From contig NIVC01000042.1 in NCBI GenBank assembly GCA_002269645.1, positions 585,008 to 649,007 of the forward strand: a DNA stretch of 64,000 nt, written 5' to 3'. The notes under the pieces were generated by a model. The model was given only the letters and a program-made list of their open reading frames with translations. It made no database searches and was not told the origin of the DNA. The translations under genes and the position numbers were made by a program. Below are positions 35,899 to 48,852 of the stretch, piece after piece. How positions within the stretch are numbered: position 1 is the stretch's first letter; every line of letters begins with the position of its first letter. Source of the stretch: Macrostomum lignano (lineage: Eukaryota).

Positions 35899-36519
35899 TA
35901 CACGGGATAGTATGTATGGTTTGTGTGATATAATTTAGGATTAACTCTAGTATAGTGAGGGGATCCCATTAAAAACGCTACCTTGACAAGAATCGCGAAA
36001 GAAGAATCATACGAAAAAATCAATAGTGACTCTAGCGACTCTTTTTTTGACTTTTTAACAACTCAAAACGGCTGCAATGCGACGGAGAGGCGAGTGTTGA
36101 GTCACGAGCGCATCACGTGAATTGCAGAATCGAAACATAGTCGCAAAAAACTCCCCCAAGAGTCGTGTTAGCGTTTTATAACTTTCTATTGCTCGAGTAG
36201 ATTAAATAGGAGTCACAGACAGTAAAACGCCTCAAATTGACTCTATGTGGATTAGCTGTATTTCAATCGGGATTATTTTTAATTTGCTCATCTGTGATAA
36301 TCTGTTTATTCAGTCAGTAATGTAAAGGAAAATGGGAGTACGGCTTAATTTGAGTTGAATACTAAACAGACAAACAGAAGCACGAGTAAGTGGAGCTTAT
36401 GGCCCAAACGGGTATATTTATGTCAATAGACTGGGAGGGGGTTGAGTGCCAGCCAGATAAGACGAGGGGTGGAGTGCGCGACTAAGGAAAGAGGCGAGAT
36501 TTAAGAGCCAATCAGAATG

Positions 36520-36562
<43 letters not shown>

Positions 36563-36697
36563 GAATAACAAGATTGAACTGGGCCGAGAGGGAGAGAAAA
36601 CAGAGACGAGTGCAGAGTAACCGAAGCAATGACTAAGAAAGTTGCAACAAGTAATGAAATCCAAGTCCCACCAAGTACCAACTACCGTTTAACAGTA

Positions 36698-37470
36698 GAA
36701 CTACCAAGAGGGGGGGGGGGAAATTCCCCCCCCCCGACAATTTTTTTGCTGCTGATGAAAAATCACGCTCAGGTGTCCTTACTCCCCTGGTGCCACCTGT
36801 TGAAGGTGCCGACGGCGTCTGGGTGATGGCTAAATGCTTAGGAGACTAGCTGAAGGTGTCCGGCAGTTGAGGCTTGTCTACTGTCGAGGCTTGATCGGCG
36901 AAACTAGAGAAATTCGCATCAAGGTGTTCATAGTCACCTGGTGTAATCTGTTGAAGGAGCTGACGGCGTCGGGATGATGACGGAATGCTTGAGAGACTAG
37001 CTGAGGATGTCCAGCAGTTGAGGCTTGCCCACTGTCGAGGCTTGATTGGTGAAACTCGAGAAATTCGCATCAAGGTGTTCATAGTCACCTGGTGCCACCT
37101 GTTGAAGGTCTAGAAGCTCCGTCTCGGTGAAGGCCAGTAACAAACGAAGTCAGAGCTGATGCAGACACATTTGGTCGACGTGCTGATGAAATTTGGAGAC
37201 TTGACAAAGCTTCACTGAGGTGTAGTGCTGATTGGCGCACAGGGGTGTACTGAATACACTAGCGCTTATGGGAAAAATCCGACCTTCTGGCAGAATCATC
37301 GAATATCTCGACGGTCCGGAGGGTTGGCGACTTGATTCTTGTTTGAGAAGGTGCGCAACAAAAAGTTAGCCCGTGTTCTTGAATTTCGTGTGCCTGCGTT
37401 GCTCCGTTCCGGCGCAGCAAAAAAAATTGTCAGGGGGGGGGGAATTTCCCCCCCCCCATCTTGGTAGTTC
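36698..37470. mobile_element. Putative non-autonomous inverted-repeat element with G-run/C-run hairpins in both ends
   Basis: GAACTACCAAG..G-run AAATT C-run..ACAATTTTTTTGCTG is mirrored at 37415-37470; internal ~150-bp direct repeat; no TSD found. Confidence 0.5.
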
Positions 37471-38646
37471 GACGGGCGGAAAAATGGCTTGGTATTCCTA
37501 CTGTTAAAAAGTAGACTTTGTACTTTCTAATTTTACGAGTATGTTGCCGAATTTTGTGCTCGGGTCTCTATTATTAATTGCTACCGTAATATATTTGACC
37601 TTCAACATTTCCGTCTGCATGTACACATGTTTAATGCTGCTTTGCACTATATCATAATAACGCAGAATTTACATGAGCTACGGTACAAATTAACCCGTAT
37701 ATTTGTTTTATAATCAGATTGACTATTCCTGCTTATAATATCAAATTTAATAAATTACATTCTCTATGCATGCCTATACAGAGCTACAGTCGAGTCATAA
37801 AAATATACAATATAACTGAAGACAATTGTATTGTCCATGCAATATGTACCGTGTTTCCTGCGATTTGAATATACATAAACTATAGCTTTTTCTTGGACCT
37901 TCATTTGCATTTCCATTTTAGATTGTGTTTTAGGGGAGGTCTAAGTTAATGACAAGTAATGAGGCTAATCCTTGGATTTAAAGTATAACTTCATATACTA
38001 ATATTGATTATTCAGTATTATACAGGTGCAACATATCATTACAGAGACGAAAGATAATCATAAAAAAATTGGTGCAAAATGTAAAATTGAATCAAGAACT
38101 AAAAATAACTAATTAGGTTTAAGATTAAGACTAATTAATAATACTGGATTGCCACGCATTCATTTTTTAATCCCAATTGAAAAGCTCTATAGCCAGTTTT
38201 TTCTCTGATTCCCTGGCTTTGGTGATCACCAATCAATAGTCTGAAGTAGTGCAGAGCCTATATATACTGATTAATTGATTAATGATTAAATTCCAAATAG
38301 ATAAGACGGGGGGTAGAAAGATTGAATTGAAAATCGATAATTAATCAATGTACATCAAAAGATAGATAGGAAGCGCAGCGGGGCAGAAATGGGGGCAGAG
38401 GGGTAAGACTAGTATACGCACTCCGCAGCATGTACATAGGGAGACAGAAAGTTCTAGAAATGCCCAGCCGCGTGATTCTATGTCTTTATGCTCGTTCTCA
38501 AAACAGAACAATAAAATATTTTTCCTAAAGGCTCTACTTCTTGATAATTTTCCTTTGGTGCTTATGAAAAATACAACTTTATACTTTTTATTGAAAACAT
38601 TTTTCATGATTGTCTCGCTCAGTTGAAAGATTGCAATCGTTAATCA

Positions 38647-39769
38647 ATGCTGCCGCAGTTATTGAAGTCCCTGCTGCCTCAGCAGCCGCTGGTTCGAGTC
38701 GCTTTGCTCGCCAGCTCCGGAGCCGCAGCTCTTCTAGTTGGCCGGAAGCTTTACCTGTGGGGCCAGGTGCTGATGCTTACCATACTTTGCGGCAAAGCGG
38801 ATCGGGCTCTCTACAAGCGCAAACGGTTGCTCTTTCAGCGGCTGTTAGACAGGGCAGAAGAGCTCGGCAGACCGATGGAAGTGAGTCTGACGTTTAATGA
38901 CCGTTGTTTATTGTGTAGGAGGTGCTTCATTGATGAGGGAGTAGCTTCATTGATGAGGGAGTAGCTTCATTGATGAGGGAGTGGCTTCATTGATGAGAGA
39001 GTAGCTTCATTGATGAGGGAGTAGCTTCATTGATGAGGGAGTAGCTTCATTGATAAGGGAGTGGCTTCATTGATGAGGGAGTAGCTTCATTGATAAGCGA
39101 GTAGCTTCATCGACGGGGTTGGCTATCAATAGATAACTGGCTCTGGGATTGGGTTAAAGCTGCATTAAATTGCTTAACAAGTGTGATCAAAATATCAAAG
39201 ATCAAAAGCGGAGTTGTGAATTAGTTTGGTCAAGGCGAATTAAACCCTCTGCCTTCCAGATCCTGGAGCTGGGCTCAGGCACTGGCGTGAACTTCAAATA
39301 CCTGCCATCTGGCGCCAGGCTCACTGCGCTCGACCCGCTGTCGGAGGCGCGCGGCATTTTCACTCGAGCGGCTTCCAAGGAGACCGGCGTCACCCTCGCC
39401 GCCTGTGTAACCGGCTTCGCCGAAGACCTGTCCTGCTTCCCAGACGAATCCTTCGACGCCGTGTTCTGCACGCTGACCATGTGCACCGTGTGGGATCTGG
39501 ACCGGATGCTCAAGGAGGTCAGACGGGTGCTCCGGCCTGGTGGACTGTTTCTGTTCATGGACCACACTCTGTCGGACCGTCCCCTGGTCCGAGCAGTGCA
39601 GTACGCTGTCACTCCGCTTTGGTACTTTTTTGGCCATGGCTGTCACTTCCGGCTGCCACAGCGTCACGTGACTAAAGCTGGATTCTCCAAATGTGAGATT
39701 AGCGAATTCGATGGCGCTCTGAAAATGACGCTGCTGCGTCGCATGGTGGACGGCTGTGCCACGAAGTGA
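38647..39769 (+). CDS. METTL7A: METTL7/TMT1-like SAM-dependent methyltransferase, 2 exons, 247 aa
   Basis: join(38647-38880,39260-39769); hydrophobic N-terminus; ILELGSGTGVNF motif I, DESFDAVFCTLTMC, LKEVRRVLRPGG, GHGCH; paralog assignment uncertain. Confidence 0.9.
38925..39110. repeat. 20-bp minisatellite (GTAGCTTCATTGATGAGGGA) in the METTL7 intron
   Basis: Tandem units. Confidence 0.92.
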
Positions 39770-40871
39770 GCAGGAAACTGACTCAAGTTACGAGCGCTCG
39801 TAGCTGTATGGGAATATTAGTGACTGTTGATTTTATTCTGTCTTATTTTGTACTACGCTCGTAATTTGTTGTAACAACTAGAAATACAAAAAGTAAAAAA
39901 GAATTGTTCCAATTTCTAAATCAGTTTTCTAGAAGATTTAACTAGGTAATTTTGGTTGTCTTTTTAACTTTGCTTGACTTATTACACTGATGTGTTCCTT
40001 ACTACCAAGACTTTCTCAGTAATCAAGGAACAATCACTTCTAGCTACTTTGCTAGGCAACCCAGTTATCAAATGAAGGTACTGCTTACCTTGACTCCGGT
40101 TTGAGAGCTCCTTGTAGTTCTCGGACTTCTTGACTCGTTAGACGTCTATGTTTCGTAAACCAGGTCCACGTTTCTTTACTTCCACTGAAGTCGTTTCCGG
40201 CCGGTATCTGTCGTTTGGACCAATCAGAAGCTTCGTGTTATCGATGGGGATCCCTGCGCCTTAATGCGGTTTCAAATAAGCCTTCTCCTTCTAGCGGTGT
40301 CTTAATGCACCCTAGGTATAGCTCCGGTATTCGCTGATAGTCCTCTAAGATCTATCAGAGTAGTCCTTCTGGAGACTACAACCAACGGAGTCTGTTTGAA
40401 CAGACTCAAACACCTGGCGCAAATGAGTAAGGCTTACCGCAAGAACTCGACCGAGTCTCGATTTACTTGGTCGGAAGTAAGACCTTTGGAGGCTTCCTCT
40501 CGGAGCTCTTCTTCCTTCTGGAAGGCAAAAATCTTGAGCTCCGGTCCGCTCCGGACCACTTGTATTTATAGGCAATCAGACCCCACATGAGGTCATTGAG
40601 TTCATTGTCTTAAATGTCAAAAGTTCACGGAATCGTTGCTGTCAAACATGGAAGGTTAGAAAGTTACTCCATTGGTCTAGTGTGAGCATGCATGATTGGT
40701 TACCGTAGTAGCTGAGTTATTTTTAGATATCTTTGATTGGTTCATCCGAGTGCAGACTGAATGATGTATCGCAACTGGGGTTTGAGCTGACAATCGCGGG
40801 TCACACGCGATTGGGTGATTTCTAAAATTAGCATGCTCGAGATTTCTCTCTTCCTATTGGTTGATTCAAAT

Positions 40872-42218
40872 GGGTCTATGAAATTTTCTAGCAGGAAATC
40901 TGCTAGCCGAAGTTTGCTAGCGAGAATTTGCTTGCCGAAATCTGCTAGCCGAAGTTTGCTAGCCGAAATCTGCTAGCCGAAATTTGCTAGCCGAAGCTTG
41001 CTAGCAGGAATTTTGCTAGCGAGGATTTTTCTAGCCGAGATTCGCTAGCAGGAATTTTGCTGGCCGAAAGTTGCTAGCAGGAATTTTGCTAGCGAGGATT
41101 TAGGTAGCCGAAATCTGCTTGCAGGAATTTGCTGACCGAACTTCTTGCAACCGGCGTCAAAAGATTGCTTGTTTTCTGGCAATGGCAATGTTTTGTTTTA
41201 CCTAAAAAAATCCAGAGAAGTGGGTAAAAATCCCAAATATAAGCATCAGCATCAGTTTAAGTGCTTGGAAAGTCAGTTTGTCATTGTGGGGGACAGAATA
41301 CTCTCAAGTCGCAATCAGATAGCTTGTAGTTAGGACAGTAGTTGAATTCCTTACTGAACTGTCAGAGCTAAATGTTAGCAGAGAAGGCTATAAAAAGTTA
41401 TTCCAGAACACTGTACATTTGCTATGTACATTGAGCCCTATCACCTGATCGTTGGTGATCGGGCTCAAACAACAGAAAAAGCAGACAAACTTCACATGCC
41501 TACAGTTTCTGTTCTAACTGAGGTACAAAGTTGAGACTTTATATTTAGACAGAGAATGAGTCAATGAAGAATTGTATCAAGTTTGAAGTCAATCGCTGTA
41601 CGTGGAGCAAATTTATGGCAGCTGAAAGTTAGTTAATTTTTAACCCCCTTCACACATCTGTCCAGTGGTCAGGAAGGAGAGAGAGGCGGAGGTTGGGGTG
41701 GCTGTCTCGCTGACGAAAAGCAGACTAACTTTAAAAGTACACAGTGCCGTTAGGAATTAACTTCGAGACTGGAAACTTTATACACGATTGTCAAAATAGT
41801 TGAAAATTGGATTGTGTCCAATTTGAAGAGGATTGGTAAAGGTAAAAGTGGAGCTACACTATAGAGGATTTAGTGAAATTCTGGACAAGCAAATTGTCTC
41901 TAGCTAATTACAACTTCCTGAGTTCGGCTAGCCAAATTGCTGCTTGCCGGTTTTGGTTGAATTCCTGCTAGCAGATTTCGGCTAGCTAAATCCTCGCTAG
42001 CAAAATTCCTGCTAGCAACTTTCGGCCAGCAAAATTCCTGCTAGCAAATCTCGGCTAGCAAAATCCTCGCTAGCAAAATTCCTGCTAGCAAGCTTCGGCT
42101 AGCAAATTTCGGCTAGCAGATTTCGGCTAGCAAACTTCGGCTAGCAGATTTCGGCAAGCAAATTTCTCGCTAGCAAACTTCGGCTAGCAGATTTCCTGCT
42201 AGCAAATCTCGTACTCCC
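40872..42218. mobile_element. Foldback-like element, copy 2 (opposite orientation to copy 1)
   Basis: Ends GGGTCTATG and CGTACTCCC; GCTAGC-unit arms; 9-bp TSD GATTCAAAT (40863-40871 and 42219-42227). Confidence 0.9.
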
Positions 42219-43498
42219 GATTCAAATATATGTATGGTTCAGCGCATATCTTTATACATGCTACTTAGTATACTACTGAATAAAATGTGTGAGTAGTACA
42301 TTAACACTTTGTCTTTTTTACGGGAGGTAGAACACTCTACAACACTTTAAATTGCTTTATACTATTTTAGCCTTAAGGGTAAATGCTGAGTTGTCAAGAC
42401 TCGAGGCTCAAAGGTGATACTGATATCTTAGGCTGGAAAGCCTGATATCGGGAGTAATTATTTGTTGGGCATGACGACATTTACGACAATGTGATACAAT
42501 GTGGTACAATGTGAAGCTAAATTGGTTTCAAATGGACAAGGATATAATAAATCGATAGTGCGGACAAACGTGCGAAACTGTTTGCACTTTCTGCACGACT
42601 GATGATGGACAGAAAAATTCTGCGAACCAGATTGCAGGAATCTAGAAACTGACTATGTGTACCGCGCTTTTGACCGGGAAATGCTATACAAACTCCGTTA
42701 TAATTTATCAAGTCCAACTGTTGGTGCAATTGTTAGTACGGTACATGATGCTTAATCTTGTTTTCAGATTCTGATACAAGTAGTACTACAAGTAGTTATT
42801 GAAGTACAAGTATTGCGCAGTTTTAATTAATTTGATTATTTGTTTCTCCAGTGTTTATTAAGCTTATAAAATAATAAAACCAGCTACTGTAAACATGGCA
42901 AATGCAAATGTGAATGCTAATGCCTGTTAGCTTTGGAATCGAGCTTTTAAATCAAGCTTAAGGAATTTATTTATTTGTTTATTTTTAAACGAACCGACTT
43001 AAATATAGGCTTTAAGCACCAAGAGTATACAGGAAGATCGAGAATAGTATCAATTAGAGAACAAAATAGAATTACAATGCAATTATTTGATAGATTTCTG
43101 GTACAAAGCATTTGTCCCAGCTAGTTAGGGAAGCTTAAAAAGTAAAAAATCGAATGAGCAAGCTGAAAATGAATAAACGTATTTTGAATAGAAATTTAAT
43201 AGACTAAATTATAACTATAAAATGCAACACTGACTACTGCTGACTTGTATAATAATCTATTTTTGGATGAGAATTTTTTAATCAAAATTAAAGAATAAAG
43301 AAACAAAAAATATAAAAAAATGAGAGCAAAGCATTGCACTGCAACAGAATCAGTGAAACTGGATTAGATTTTGTAAACACGCTACGCTCGATAAATTGAC
43401 GGTTACATGGATATTAAGCAACAAACCAATTCATCTGAATTCGTCTGCTTGTAGATTACCATTTCTTTTTTATTTAAGTCACTCGGCCCACTCGAGCT

Positions 43499-46400
43499 TC
43501 AACAAGCCCGAGTGGCGGCAGCAGCCGCGGCAGCAGCGGCGGCGGCTTTCTGCGCCTGGGCTTCGGCCACAGCGATTGGCCGACGAAACAGAATGATATG
43601 CGGCTCGGGCTGGTGCACCATATAGTTCACCCAGCCTTCGCTCTGCTGGATGCCAATCCCGCGCCATTCGTCTTCGGTCATTACCCGATTCTTGGGCACA
43701 TAGACTAGCAACTCCTTGGGCAGGTGGCAGTGCCTGGTTGGTGGAATATGGGGCCAAAATGCAGCGTGTATTGGCTAATTATAAGTATAATATGACAACA
43801 AAATTATTTACATATTGCAGCACCCAATTAGGATGGCAAAAGTACATTTTGATTTTTATCAAAAAGCCAAGGTGTTAGGACTACAGTGTTCTAGTGCCAA
43901 AAAAACTGCAAAAAGTATTATCTTTTCGAAACCTAAGGAAATTTGGTTTGTAAATTTTGTATCATATTTTCCCCTCCAAAAGCACTGTAAGGTGCTGTCA
44001 GATGCCTGAAAATACTCCAAATTATTCTTAACTCTATATTACAATTAATTCAAGGCCCTAGGCTCAACCCAAAACCACCCTGTTGCACTACATAGGTTAG
44101 CATGCAAAATAATTTTACCTGTCAATCAACACCATCACTCAAACTTCATTTTTTTTATATTGTAAAGTCTAGAAAGTTGTTTTGTTAAAAAATATATATT
44201 AACAATTACAAAAGCCCTGGCAGATCTGAGGGGCTCAAGGGGTTGGCTTAAGAAAATTAAGTGGGTCAAGATCCCCTCAGCAAAAATCCTAGTTCCACCA
44301 GTGCTCACAGGCTTTCTGTCAATCTAGAGCAGCTCTGGGTGCATAGTGCAATGGTTTGGTACTTCTTTAATAGAATCAAATTTAATATTTAAATATTTGA
44401 GGCCAAAAATATATCTGTTAGCTATTATATTATGCCTGTTTTGGATTGTTTAATTAGACTGTTTTTTAGAGGTTGGATTGGATCCTGATCTTAGTCCCAA
44501 TTCCCAAAGTCTCAAGATTATAAGGAAAATTAGATTCCTATGGGATTGGAATCTTGACATTAAAAAATAAAAATTAGGAACAGGTCTTTTGATTCAGAAT
44601 TTATATAATTTGTGATTACCTGAATGCATTTTGTTTTAATCTGTACTCATTATATTGTTATATAGTATTTCAATAGCTAATCTTTTTAAATAGCTATTGC
44701 ATGTCTCTTCTTTATAACTCTATATATGGACCTACAAACTATAGTACACAAAAGACCTGATCCCAATCTTGCCCAATGATTTCAATCTAATCGAACCTCT
44801 AATTGTGTCCAATAAATTTTAATCATATTTAAGCATGCAATTCTTAGTCTTTCTGCAAGTATATATTGGTTTTTTGTACATAAAGTGTGCATAAACATCC
44901 TAAATTTTGAAATTGCACCTAGAAATTTAAAATTTAATAAGATAATTAAATCCTCCTAACTTAAACCTTCTAACTACTCTTGTCTTAAATAAATATTTTA
45001 GACTTATTACAATAATATAAAAGGCTATTTACTAGCTAAGTTGGTTTATCTAAGGCCCTAAAAAGGCTTATCATCTACTAGCAAGCTAAGATAACCTTTA
45101 AAACTCTATTCAGTTTTTTACACTGCATATCAAAATTGATCATTTTATCTTTTGACTAATATACAAAGGGCCTACCGGTATTGACTACTAGCTTTCAAGC
45201 TGATAGGGGGGAATTTCAAGATATCAAGACTTATGTTGTATAGGAGGAATAGCTAAAATGTCAAAGCTTATAAGAAGAATTGCTAAGATGTCAAGGTTTA
45301 TAGGAGGATAGGTAAGATATCAAGGCTTCTAAGAAATATTGCTAAAATATTAAGGCTTATAGGAGGGAGGGGGTTGCTAAGATATCAATGCTTATATAGA
45401 GGTATTGCTAAGATACATATAGGCCCAACAGCCATCCAACCTATCCGAACTAGATAGGTGAAATGGCTATTGGCCAAGGTAAGTTGCTAAATCAAAAATG
45501 CAAAAAACAAAAAAGAGGGAAGAAAAAAGGAGAAAAAGAGAAAACAAAAAGGAAAGAGAAAAGAGAGAGGGAAAAGAGGAGAGAAAAATAGAAAAAGAAG
45601 AAAAGAGAAAAAGGCAAGAAAAGTTATATACAAAGTGAAAATTAAGTTGCAATTGGGAGAAATAAATCGCAATCAAGAAGAACTAAGTTGCAATTGGGAG
45701 GAACTAAGTTGCAATTGGGAGGAACTAAGTTGCAATTAGGAGCAACTAAGTTGCAATTGGGAGGAACTAAGTTGCAATTGGGAGGAACTAAGTTGCAATT
45801 GGGAGGAACTAAGTTGCAAATCTGGACAAAACTAAGTTGCACTGGACAGCAGGATATTATAAAAGCTATATTCTAAAAAATGGCATTTTTTAATATATTT
45901 TGCCCTTGCTAACAATATTGGCATACACTTGGCATATAAATTTTTCAAGTTCAACATTACTATTAGTCCATAGTTTGGAAAGCAATATGTACACCAGGAT
46001 TTCTTAGTATAGAACAAAGTTCTTATTATTATTCAGCATATATCAGGATATATCTTAGCACATACATGCGCAACCCCCCCTGATTTATACTGGCTATGCA
46101 ACTTACTTTTTGACCAAAAATATGACTTACCTGTGAAAGAAACCCTAATGCAATTTTGGGTAAACAGCAGGAGTAACTATGACTGTCTTATAAGGGCTAA
46201 ATGCCTTATTATCTAATTAGTACTACATCTGTATTCTTTAGGCTGGGCATTTTTGTGACTTACTTACCCCTAGTCCACCACAATTTACGGTGGCCAGATC
46301 GGCCAGGTTGGCCAGTAGTTGTGCATGTATGTCTTAGCATACGCATACATGACATAGCAGATACATTGTATCAAATGATAATTTTTTATATTGGCACACA

Positions 46401-47818
46401 AACCTGGTTTTGCCATTTTTCTGATATTAAACTTAGCAAACAATAATATATAATATGAACTATGGATATTAGTATACACAGTTGGCATACAAAAGTAGCC
46501 AAGATTAGACTAGTTAATATATATAATACAATTAAATATTAGGGCCTAGGCCTAATCAAAGAAAGCTTTAAAAAAAATAAATGAAACCAAAATTAGAAAA
46601 TAATAATGCAACTTACTATTACTAAGAAAACAAAAGTAAAATAAATAATAATAGTTTTGAACATTAACATTATTAAAGTTTAGTAAAACTTATGTTAGAG
46701 CTAAAAATGTTTTTATAAAAAACTTAGTATATAAACAAACTTTATACTATGCATATATTTTTTATTTACATTGGCATAAAATTGGAATACCGAGAATTTT
46801 AATTCTAGCATGTGCCTGACATGATTCACCAGGATGGAATTTTGTATTTCTTAAGTCAAACGGAATTATGCAATTTTTTTATGGCATGCAATATATTTTT
46901 TATTGGTTGCATTTTTATTTTGGTACTTAGCACATCACAAAATGGTAAATAAGACAATAATGAAAAATGCATTCTAAGAAAATGTAGTGATTTGAATTTT
47001 TGTCCAAATATGTATCTTAGAGAATGTTACAAGTTTCTACTTTTCATAGAATTTTTTTGAATTTTTACTTTTGTGCCTTATTTAGTTTTTACTTTTTATT
47101 CTTTTTTTCTTTGTGATCTTAGCTAGTAGGATTATCTTTTGCAAAATCCAATATCTCAAGCGCACTTTTGCATATATTAAGAATTAGAAATTTTGTTTGA
47201 AATTCTGTGACGCATTTTTTCCAAATTTTTGGACACAAAATTGCATTTTTTCGTGCAATTGCATAATGCGAAAAATGCGTTGTGATTTTTCTGCAAGAAT
47301 TCCATTCAGGATGATTCAGACTATAGGATAAGTCTAGACCACTTTCTATGCCAGAATTTTTCATGAAAAAACAAAGGAAATTCCTAACTATGAATTAAGA
47401 CAATTGTAGTGGAGTAGGCTAGGCCTAGGAAAAAGCTAAAATTTTATAAACTAATGTTTGACACAATGGCTTAGATACATGAAATCAGTTGCTATTTCGA
47501 GTTGCTAATAACTGGGCTTAAGAAAGCATCCTTTTGGTCTTTATTAAAATCTGAAGACTTAACTGACATAATCTTTTATGAAAATTCTTTGTATTATTGC
47601 CCTCCTAAGCAGGATTCTAAGCTTCATATAAAAATATGATTGCAGACTCGGAACGTATACTGATAATATACAGATACAAAGATTTAAAAATGTAATACTA
47701 GCCTACTAGGCTTAGCGTATACTACTAGTCAAGCTTACCGGTATTCATAAACGTCGTCTCTGTACTTTTCAGAGTAATAGATTTTCTTCCGTAGTGCTGG
47801 GTCAATGTAGTGAGCCAT
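43499..47818 (-). CDS. CKS1: Cyclin-dependent kinase regulatory subunit (CKS), 2 exons, 104 aa
   Basis: complement join(47818-47739,43733-43499): [79 protein letters not shown] plus an Ala-rich tail; GT/AG, phase 2. Confidence 0.95.
45640..45835. repeat. 21-bp minisatellite (AACTAAGTTGCAATTGGGAGG) in the CKS intron
   Basis: Tandem units. Confidence 0.9.
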
Positions 47819-48852
47819 TGGAACTGAAAAAATGCTGTTCAGGGGATAAATAGCTCAACGTCAGATTGTGAAAAATTGTTTCCTGGTCTTAAAGAAATGC
47901 TTGCTTCGGAAACATGATCTCAAATTCACACAAAGAACGCGCTTGAAATTATTAAAGTTGTATTTCACTGAAACAAAAAATAACTATTGTACAACGACTC
48001 TGCCTTCAGCGAGCATTGCTTACAGAAAAATAAACTCAGAAATGTTTTGAGTAGTCTTATTTTAGGTACAACATCTATTTTTTTATTTTTGGTATCTTAA
48101 AGATAACTCACGTTTGAATGGCGAATAGAGCGTGGACTCGGCGCGAGAGTTGGCACATGTGAGAAAAAAAGTGTGCAATCTAGCTTTAATGGAGGTAAGC
48201 CTTTCGTATTATGTGTAGTTGTCTTCCAGAAAAACCTTTTATTTACTAGTATCTTTGTCAATTGGATCTGTATATTTTTGGATGCGAAGAAAGAACGACT
48301 TAAGAACGTCCTTGCGCATCCTACAACATGTATGTTAATTAAAAACCATGCCCAGCATTTTGCGGCAATTTCATCGTGAATACACTTCCTAGATCGCAAT
48401 CACTGTGCCTTAAAATAACTTATGTAGGAAGCTAAGGATACAACCGGTAGAAAATATATTGAAGAACTAGCTGTGGAGCAATAGTAAATTATATTAGTCT
48501 AGCTGCCTATTTTATACCTCTATAAGTTTCTTATGTCGATTCGGCAATTAGAGCAATCGCTCCTAGAAAGCTTTTATCGATATTAATTTTGAGGATAGAG
48601 TAATTTTGTAATTTTATAAACTTATTGAAAGATACGAGCGTATAGAAATTCTGTTCTCTAAGATTTTCAATGCTCCGTTGCATGTTTTTTATGTTTTATA
48701 CTCACCCGTATTTTGCCATTGATTGATTCTGCAATCGATAAGTTACAACTAGAAAACTAAATATAAAAATCGGGGAATGAAGCACCGCTTTTTACCTCTT
48801 AGAACCCCACAACTTTTCTTCCATAGAATGTACTCCTATTGAACTAGCACGC

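Noticed and set aside
39990-40862. Possible solo LTR on the minus strand (TATAAATA near 40565)
   Set aside because: Could not find TG..CA ends with a matching TSD or a second copy
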